Source: Candidatus Eiseniibacteriota bacterium (GTDB taxonomy: Bacteria; Eisenbacteria; RBG-16-71-46). From it: a stretch of DNA of 54,657 nt. The DNA is taken from assembly GCA_044222065.1 (NCBI GenBank), contig JBGAOA010000024.1, positions 1-54,657 on the forward strand. Direction: 5' to 3'. A program made the translations under genes and the position numbers. This document shows, piece by piece, positions 49,203-54,657 of this stretch. Position 1 is the first letter of the stretch, and every line of letters begins with the position of its first letter. The notes beneath the pieces were generated by a model. It had not been told where the DNA came from. It saw only the letters and a list, made by a program, of their open reading frames with translations, and did no database searches.

Positions 49203-50812
49203 ACGCGTTCGGCCGCGCCGGATTCGCCGGGTTCGCGCTGCTGGCGGGCGCGTTCCCGGCGTTCGCGTCTCCGGCGTTCGTGGACTCCACCGTGAACGAG
49301 GGGCTGCCGATCCGGCGCGTCGTGATCCGGCCCCGCGACGTGTTCGAGCCCGTGCCCGATGGCCGGCTCGCGCCCGTCTTCCGCCTCGGAAACCGCCTGC
49401 ACGTGACGACGCGTCCCGCGACGATCCGGCAGCAGCTCCTGTTCGACGAGGGGCGGCCGTTCCTGCGTGCCGATCTGCTCGAGAGCGAGCGGCTGCTGAG
49501 GCGTCTCGACTACCTGCAGCCCGTGCGGCTCGCGGCGACGCGGGCGGGGGACTCGGTGGACGTCGAAGTCGTGACGCAGGACGCGTGGACCTCGCAGTTC
49601 CAGGTCAACCTCGAGCGCGGTGGCGGCAAGCTCTACGGTTCGCTCGGCGTCACGGAGCGCAACCTGTTCGGGTTCGGAAAGGCGGTGGACGTCTCGTACG
49701 ACGAGACGCCGTCCGGGATCACGCGCTCGGTCGGGTGGAGCGACGGCGCGCTGTTCGGCACCCGGGTGCGCGTGCACGCGGCCTCGGGGCGCGGCAGCGG
49801 CGGCGCGTTCGACGAGGGCCGCATCGGCCAGCCGTTCTACGCCGAGGACACGCCGATCGCGTGGAACTTCGAGTGGCGTCACGGCTCGTCGATCGCGCAC
49901 CTCTACCAGTCGGGCGCGGAGGTGGCGTCGTTCGACGCGCGGCGCGCGAGCGTGGACGCGTGGACGGGTATCGGTCGGCGACTGGGCGGCGTCGTGCAGC
50001 GTGCTCAGATCGGCTTCACCTGGAACAACCGCGACCTCGGCGAGAGCCGCATCGGCGGCGTCGCGCCGCCCGAGTTCGACGGCCCGGCCGAGGCGCTGCG
50101 TACGCGTCGGGTCACGCTGGAAGGGCGCCTGTGGCGGCCGCGCTTCGTGCAGAGGGACGGCGCGGAGCGAATGGACCGCATCGAGGACTGGGACCTCGGT
50201 CCGCAGGTCGGAGTGCAGCTCGGTGCGTCGCCGAAGTTCCTCGGCTCCACGGCCGACGAGGGCTGGGTGCGGCTCGACGGTTCGGTCGGCGCGACGAACG
50301 CGCTCGGGTTCGGCGTTCTCAACGCGCGGCTCTCGTCGCGCTGGAGGCGCGAGCCTCGCGAACTCGTTCGGTCGGCGCAGGGACGCTGGTACGTGCAGTG
50401 GGCGGGACAGCACACGATCGCGATGTCGTTGCTCGCGGCCGAGGGCACGCGCGTCTCGCGCGACTACCAGCTCGTCGTCGGCGGGCTGAACGGACTGCGC
50501 GCCTATCCCGTGCAGGCGATCGCCGGCCGCGAACTCGTGCGGGCCAACGTCGAGCACCGCTGGCGTCCCGGGTGGGACGTCGGCGGCCTCGCGCGCATCG
50601 GCACGGCGGTCTTCTACGACCTCGCGCACGGCTGGGGGCCGGGGGCCGACCCGACGAACTGGTTCAACGCCGCCGGATTCGGGCTGCGGCTCGTTCCGCC
50701 GCGAGCCGCGCTCGGTCCGATCTTCCGCGTGGACGTCGCGTGGCCGGTCAGTCCGACGCGCGACGGACAGCGCGAGGCCGTGTTCTCGTTCGGATCGGCG
50801 CAGGCCTTCTGA
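49199..50812 (+). CDS. Omp85/BamA-TamA-like protein with a single POTRA
   Basis: Signal peptide; POTRA-like TRPATIRQQLLF...ESERLLR; ERNLFGFG; GGLNGLRAY; AGFGLRL; RVDVAWP; C-terminal QAF. Confidence 0.8.
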   Translation: MNAFGRAGFAGFALLAGAFPAFASPAFVDSTVNEGLPIRRVVIRPRDVFEPVPDGRLAPVFRLGNRLHVTTRPATIRQQLLFDEGRPFLRADLLESERLLRRLDYLQPVRLAATRAGDSVDVEVVTQDAWTSQFQVNLERGGGKLYGSLGVTERNLFGFGKAVDVSYDETPSGITRSVGWSDGALFGTRVRVHAASGRGSGGAFDEGRIGQPFYAEDTPIAWNFEWRHGSSIAHLYQSGAEVASFDARRASVDAWTGIGRRLGGVVQRAQIGFTWNNRDLGESRIGGVAPPEFDGPAEALRTRRVTLEGRLWRPRFVQRDGAERMDRIEDWDLGPQVGVQLGASPKFLGSTADEGWVRLDGSVGATNALGFGVLNARLSSRWRREPRELVRSAQGRWYVQWAGQHTIAMSLLAAEGTRVSRDYQLVVGGLNGLRAYPVQAIAGRELVRANVEHRWRPGWDVGGLARIGTAVFYDLAHGWGPGADPTNWFNAAGFGLRLVPPRAALGPIFRVDVAWPVSPTRDGQREAVFSFGSAQAF

Positions 50813-50909
50813 TGAACCGACCCCTTCGCGTTCGAAATTCCGCTTCGCTACACTGCGGCGCGCGCACCGTGCGCCCGCGGAGCGGGACACGGCGCGCCGC
50901 GGCCGACTG

Positions 50910-51734
50910 ATGCTGCGCTTCGGGACCTCCGGCATACCGCGCACGAGCGCGCGACCGGGCACCGAGCACGGTATCGCGCGGGCGCGGGAACTCGGACTCG
51001 ACGCGCTCGAGATGGCGTGGGTCAACGGCGTGCGGATGGGTGACGCCGCGGCCGACCGGATCGCCGAAGCGGCCCGGCGGCACGACATCGCGCTCACCGC
51101 TCACGCGCCGTACTACGTCAACCTGTGCGGAGCGGACGACGTCGCGGCACGCAGCCGCGAGCGCCTCGTCGAGACCGGGCGACTCGCGCACCGCTGCGGC
51201 GCGGAGAGTTTCTGTTTTCACGCCGGTTTCTATCAGCAGCTCCCGCCGGATCGTGCGCGCTCGCGCGTCGTGAAAGCGCTGCGCGAGGTCACGGCGAGGC
51301 TCGGCCGGATGGGGGCGCGTGTGGACGTGCGGCCCGAACTGACGGGGAAGCCCACGCAGGTCGGGTCGCTCGACGAGATCATCGATTGGAGCTCCCGGGT
51401 GAACGGCGTCGCGCCGTGCATCGACTTCTCGCACCAGTACGCGCGTTCGCAGGGGGCCTGGAACCGTTATGAGGACTTCGGCCGCATGCTCGAATCCGTG
51501 CGCGACCGCCTGGGGGCGGGTGCGCTCGAGCGTCTGCACGTGCACGTCTCGGGGATCGAATACGGGCCGCGCGGCGAGCGACGTCACCAGCCGCTCGCCG
51601 AGACGCGGTTCCGCTGGCGCGAGTTGCTGCGCGCGCTCAAGGACCTGCGCGTGTCGGGGTGGGTGGTGAGCGAGAGCCCGGCCATGGAAGACGACGCGCT
51701 GAAGCTGCAGCGCGCCTATCGGAGGATGCGATGA
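50910..51734 (+). CDS. Endonuclease IV-like (AP endonuclease family 2) TIM barrel
   Basis: FGTSG, HAPYYVNL, FHAG, RPELTGK, CIDFSH, HVHVSGI, ESP. Confidence 0.85.
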   Translation: MLRFGTSGIPRTSARPGTEHGIARARELGLDALEMAWVNGVRMGDAAADRIAEAARRHDIALTAHAPYYVNLCGADDVAARSRERLVETGRLAHRCGAESFCFHAGFYQQLPPDRARSRVVKALREVTARLGRMGARVDVRPELTGKPTQVGSLDEIIDWSSRVNGVAPCIDFSHQYARSQGAWNRYEDFGRMLESVRDRLGAGALERLHVHVSGIEYGPRGERRHQPLAETRFRWRELLRALKDLRVSGWVVSESPAMEDDALKLQRAYRRMR

Positions 51735-52888
51735 GTTCGCTACCCAGGACCGCGTCGGTCGCGATCGTCGGCGCGGGGTGCGTCGGCACCTCGATCGCCT
51801 ACCACCTCGCGAAGCGCGGCGTGAAGGACGTCGTGGTCATCGAGCGCGAGCCGATCGCCGGGGCCGGCTCGACCTCGAAGGCCGCCGGCGGCATCCGCGC
51901 GCAGTTCTCGACGCCGCTCAACGTGCGGCTGTCCCTCATGAGCATCGAGCGCCTCGAACGCTTCGCCGACGAGATGGAGGACGCGCCGGTCTACGACCAG
52001 GTCGGGTACCTGTTCCTGCTCAGCGATCCGCAGCGCTGGGCCGCGTTCCAGGCCCAGGCCGAGATGCAGCGCTCGTTGGGCCTGCCCGTGCGCACGCTCA
52101 CGCCGGCCGACGTGCTCGACCTCGTGCCGCAGCTCCACGTCGAGGACGTGCTCGGCGCCACGTTCTGCCCGCGGGACGGGCTCGCCGACCCGGGCAGCAT
52201 CACGCTCGCCTACGAGCGCCAGGCGCGGAAGCTCGGCGTGCGATTCGAATTCGGATGCCACGCCGTCGGATTGCTCACCGAGGGCGCCCGGGTCACGGGC
52301 GTCCGCACCGGTGCGGGCGACGTCGCCTCGTCGTGGGTCGTGAACGCCGCCGGCGCCTACGCGGCGCAGGTCGCGGCGTGGGCCGGCGTCGCGCTGCCCG
52401 TCGCGCCGGTGCGCCGCCACTGCTTCACGACCGCGCCGCTGCCGTGGGTGCGGCCGGACCTGCCCATGATCGTCGACATGAAGTCGGGCGTGTACATGCA
52501 TCGCGAAGGCGGCGGCATGCTGCTCGGCTGGGCGAATCCCGACGAGCCCGAGGGCTTCGACACGAGCGTGAACTGGGAGCTGCTCGAACGCGTCGTCGAG
52601 CCCGCGATGCACCGGCTGCCGGCGCTCGAGGAGGCCGAAGTCACGAACGCGTGGGCCGGGCTCTACGAGGTCACGCCCGACCACAATTCGATCCTCGGTC
52701 CGCCGGCGGGACTCTCGGGCTTCCTGCTCGCGAACGGATTCAGCGGGCACGGACTCATGCACGCGCCCGCGGTCGGGCAGCTCGTCGCGGAGTGGATCGT
52801 GGACGGGCGGCCGAGCCTCGACCTGTCGCCGCTCGCGCTCGAGCGTTTCGCGAACGCCACGGCGGTCGCCGAGGCGAACGTCATCTGA
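51731..52888 (+). CDS. FAD-dependent oxidoreductase (DAO / sarcosine oxidase beta-like)
   Basis: IVGAGCVG, GSTSKAAGGIRAQF, WAGLYEVTPDH, GFSGHG. Confidence 0.92.
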   Translation: MSSLPRTASVAIVGAGCVGTSIAYHLAKRGVKDVVVIEREPIAGAGSTSKAAGGIRAQFSTPLNVRLSLMSIERLERFADEMEDAPVYDQVGYLFLLSDPQRWAAFQAQAEMQRSLGLPVRTLTPADVLDLVPQLHVEDVLGATFCPRDGLADPGSITLAYERQARKLGVRFEFGCHAVGLLTEGARVTGVRTGAGDVASSWVVNAAGAYAAQVAAWAGVALPVAPVRRHCFTTAPLPWVRPDLPMIVDMKSGVYMHREGGGMLLGWANPDEPEGFDTSVNWELLERVVEPAMHRLPALEEAEVTNAWAGLYEVTPDHNSILGPPAGLSGFLLANGFSGHGLMHAPAVGQLVAEWIVDGRPSLDLSPLALERFANATAVAEANVI

Positions 52889-52889
52889 C

Positions 52890-53534
52890 ATGGCGCTCGC
52901 CTCGATCCGCCTCGGGCTCGGCCCGCTCGACAACAACACGTACCTGATCGTGTGCGAGGCGACGCGCGAGTGCGCGGTGGTGGACGTCGGATTCGAACCC
53001 GAAGCGGTGATCGCGGCGGTGAGGGAGCGCGGCCTCACGGTGCGCTGGCTGCTCGCGACGCACGCGCACTACGACCACGTCGCCGGCATGCGCGAGGCGC
53101 AGGAGGCGCTCGGGGGCGTGTTCCGACTGCATCCCGCAGACCGTCCTCTGCTCGCGGCGCTCGCGCAGCAGGGCGCGATGTTCGGCTTTCCGCCCGCTCG
53201 GCCGCCGGACGAGGTCCTCGACCTCGTCGCCGGCGAGTCCGTTCCGATCGGCCGCGAGTCCGTGGCGGTGCTCTTCACGCCCGGCCACGCGCCCGGACAC
53301 GTGAGCTTCCACGCGGGCGGCGACGTGTGGTCGGGCGACGTGCTGTTCGCGGGCTCGATCGGACGCACCGACCTGCCGGGCGGCTCGTTCGAGCGTCTCG
53401 ATCACTCCATCCGCACGCAGCTCTGGCCGCTCGGGGACGCGGTCGTCGTCCACACCGGTCACGGACCCGAAACCACGATCGGGGAGGAGCGCGTGCACAA
53501 TCCGTTCGTCGGGATCGCGGCGGGACGGCGATGA
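52890..53534 (+). CDS. MBL-fold metallo-hydrolase (glyoxalase II-like)
   Basis: THAHYDH, TPGHAPG, GDVLFAGSIGRTDLPGG, GHGPETT. Confidence 0.93.
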   Translation: MALASIRLGLGPLDNNTYLIVCEATRECAVVDVGFEPEAVIAAVRERGLTVRWLLATHAHYDHVAGMREAQEALGGVFRLHPADRPLLAALAQQGAMFGFPPARPPDEVLDLVAGESVPIGRESVAVLFTPGHAPGHVSFHAGGDVWSGDVLFAGSIGRTDLPGGSFERLDHSIRTQLWPLGDAVVVHTGHGPETTIGEERVHNPFVGIAAGRR

Positions 53535-54583
53535 GCGACGACGCGGGACGCTGGCAGGCGCGCCTGCGTCTCGATCCGACGGCGTTCGTCGCGCCCGGCG
53601 CGATCGTCGTGGGCGACGTCACGCTCGGCGCGCGTGCGAGCGTGTGGTTCAACACCGTCGTGCGCGGAGACACCGACCGCATCGAGATCGGCGACGACAC
53701 GAACGTGCAGGACAATTCGACCGTGCACGTGGACCACGGCGAACCCGCACTCGTCGGCGTGCGCGTCACCGTGGGGCACCGCGCGATCGTGCACGGCTGC
53801 CGCGTCGAGGACGACGTGCTGATCGGCATGGGCGCGGTCGTGCTCTCGGGAGCCCGCATCGGGACGGGATCGCTCATCGGCGCCGCGGCGCTCGTGCGCG
53901 AGGGTCAGACGATTCCGCCCGGAAGCCTCGCGCTCGGCGCGCCGGCGCGCGTGATCGGACCCTGCACGGAGGCGCACCGCGAGGCGATCCGTCGCGGCGC
54001 CGCCCACTACGCGGAACTCGCGGCGAGCTACCGGGCCCGCGGTTTCGCGCGGGCGCACGCCGACGCGAATTCCGACGCGGGCATGACCGACCGCGTGCCC
54101 GCGCCGATGACGCACGAGGAGTGGACGCGGCTCGTCGCGGTGCTCGAAGCCTCCCCGCGCTGGGTCGCCGGGCAGCTCGAGGCCGCGGGCGAGGCGCGGT
54201 TCGCCACGCGATCCGCCGAGGGACGCTGGTCGGCGCACGAGGCGGCGTGTCACCTGCGGGACGGGGACGCGCACGTTTTCGGACCGCGGCTCGAACGGCT
54301 CGAACGCGGGGACGGCGCGTGGTTCCCGGTCGTGGACCTGCCCGCGTTCGCGCGCGACGCGGCGTACGCGGTCGAGCGGCCCGCCGTCGTGCTCGAGGCG
54401 TGGCGCGCGTATCGCGCGGCACTCGTCGCGAGGCTCGCCCGCTTCGGCCCCGCCGACTGGGCGCGGTGGGGGACGCACGAGCGGCTCGGCCCCTGGACGC
54501 TCGCCGAAATGGCGCGCCGCTGGGTCGAGCACGACCTGTCGCACCGCCGCCAGATCGCGAGCGCGCTGGAGTCGTGCGCGTGA
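53531..54583 (+). CDS. Gamma-carbonic anhydrase-like (LbH) domain fused to a DinB-like domain
   Basis: VVRGD, NVQDN, TVH, GHRAIVHGC hexapeptide region; C-terminal WSAHEAACHLRD...EHDLSH. Confidence 0.85.
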   Translation: MSDDAGRWQARLRLDPTAFVAPGAIVVGDVTLGARASVWFNTVVRGDTDRIEIGDDTNVQDNSTVHVDHGEPALVGVRVTVGHRAIVHGCRVEDDVLIGMGAVVLSGARIGTGSLIGAAALVREGQTIPPGSLALGAPARVIGPCTEAHREAIRRGAAHYAELAASYRARGFARAHADANSDAGMTDRVPAPMTHEEWTRLVAVLEASPRWVAGQLEAAGEARFATRSAEGRWSAHEAACHLRDGDAHVFGPRLERLERGDGAWFPVVDLPAFARDAAYAVERPAVVLEAWRAYRAALVARLARFGPADWARWGTHERLGPWTLAEMARRWVEHDLSHRRQIASALESCA

Positions 54584-54657
54584 TCCACGCGTACGGCTCG
54601 CCGGGGCCGCCCGTGCCGCGGCTCCTCGCCGCGCTCGAGCGGCGCGGGCACGAGGTG
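54580..54657 (+). CDS. Partial CDS running off the window (MIHAYGSPGPPVPRLLAALERRGHEV)
   Basis: GTG overlaps the previous TGA; GHEV resembles a Rossmann-like start. Confidence 0.45.
   Translation, partial: MIHAYGSPGPPVPRLLAALERRGHEV

Overview
High-GC bacterial chromosomal window, densely coding and mostly core genes. No CRISPR array, IS element, prophage or rRNA is visible. The gene content (FlgD/T9SS-like C-terminal domains, PorV-like barrel, GWxTD protein, Tol-Pal) points to a diderm FCB-group-related organism such as Ca. Eisenbacteria; that placement is inference only. Left part: DUF1207-like barrel, M16 protease, two tandem DinB proteins, a divergent K+-independent membrane pyrophosphatase, a secreted GH32/43-like propeller with a sorting-type C-terminal domain (CTD), a HAMP-SpoIIE phosphatase, and an acyl-CoA dehydrogenase broken by an exact 41-bp tandem duplication. 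Middle: ftsK-rimO-hyp-bamD-nadD-MTase-polA-coaE-prfB (programmed +1 frameshift)-pmm-mpg. At 28.9-39.1 kb is the best candidate for an uncharacterised system: FadL/PorV-like barrel, TonB-dependent-receptor-like barrel, 986-aa Cys-rich secreted protein with a T9SS-like CTD, PorV-family barrel and a GWxTD-family protein. Right part: pfk-gap-pgk-tpi, secG, an atypical tRNA-Leu(GAG), TlpA, a tolQRAB-pal-cpoB operon coupled to an Omp85 barrel, endonuclease IV-like protein, FAD oxidoreductase, MBL hydrolase and a gamma-carbonic-anhydrase/DinB fusion. All calls come from motif reading; no database searches were run.
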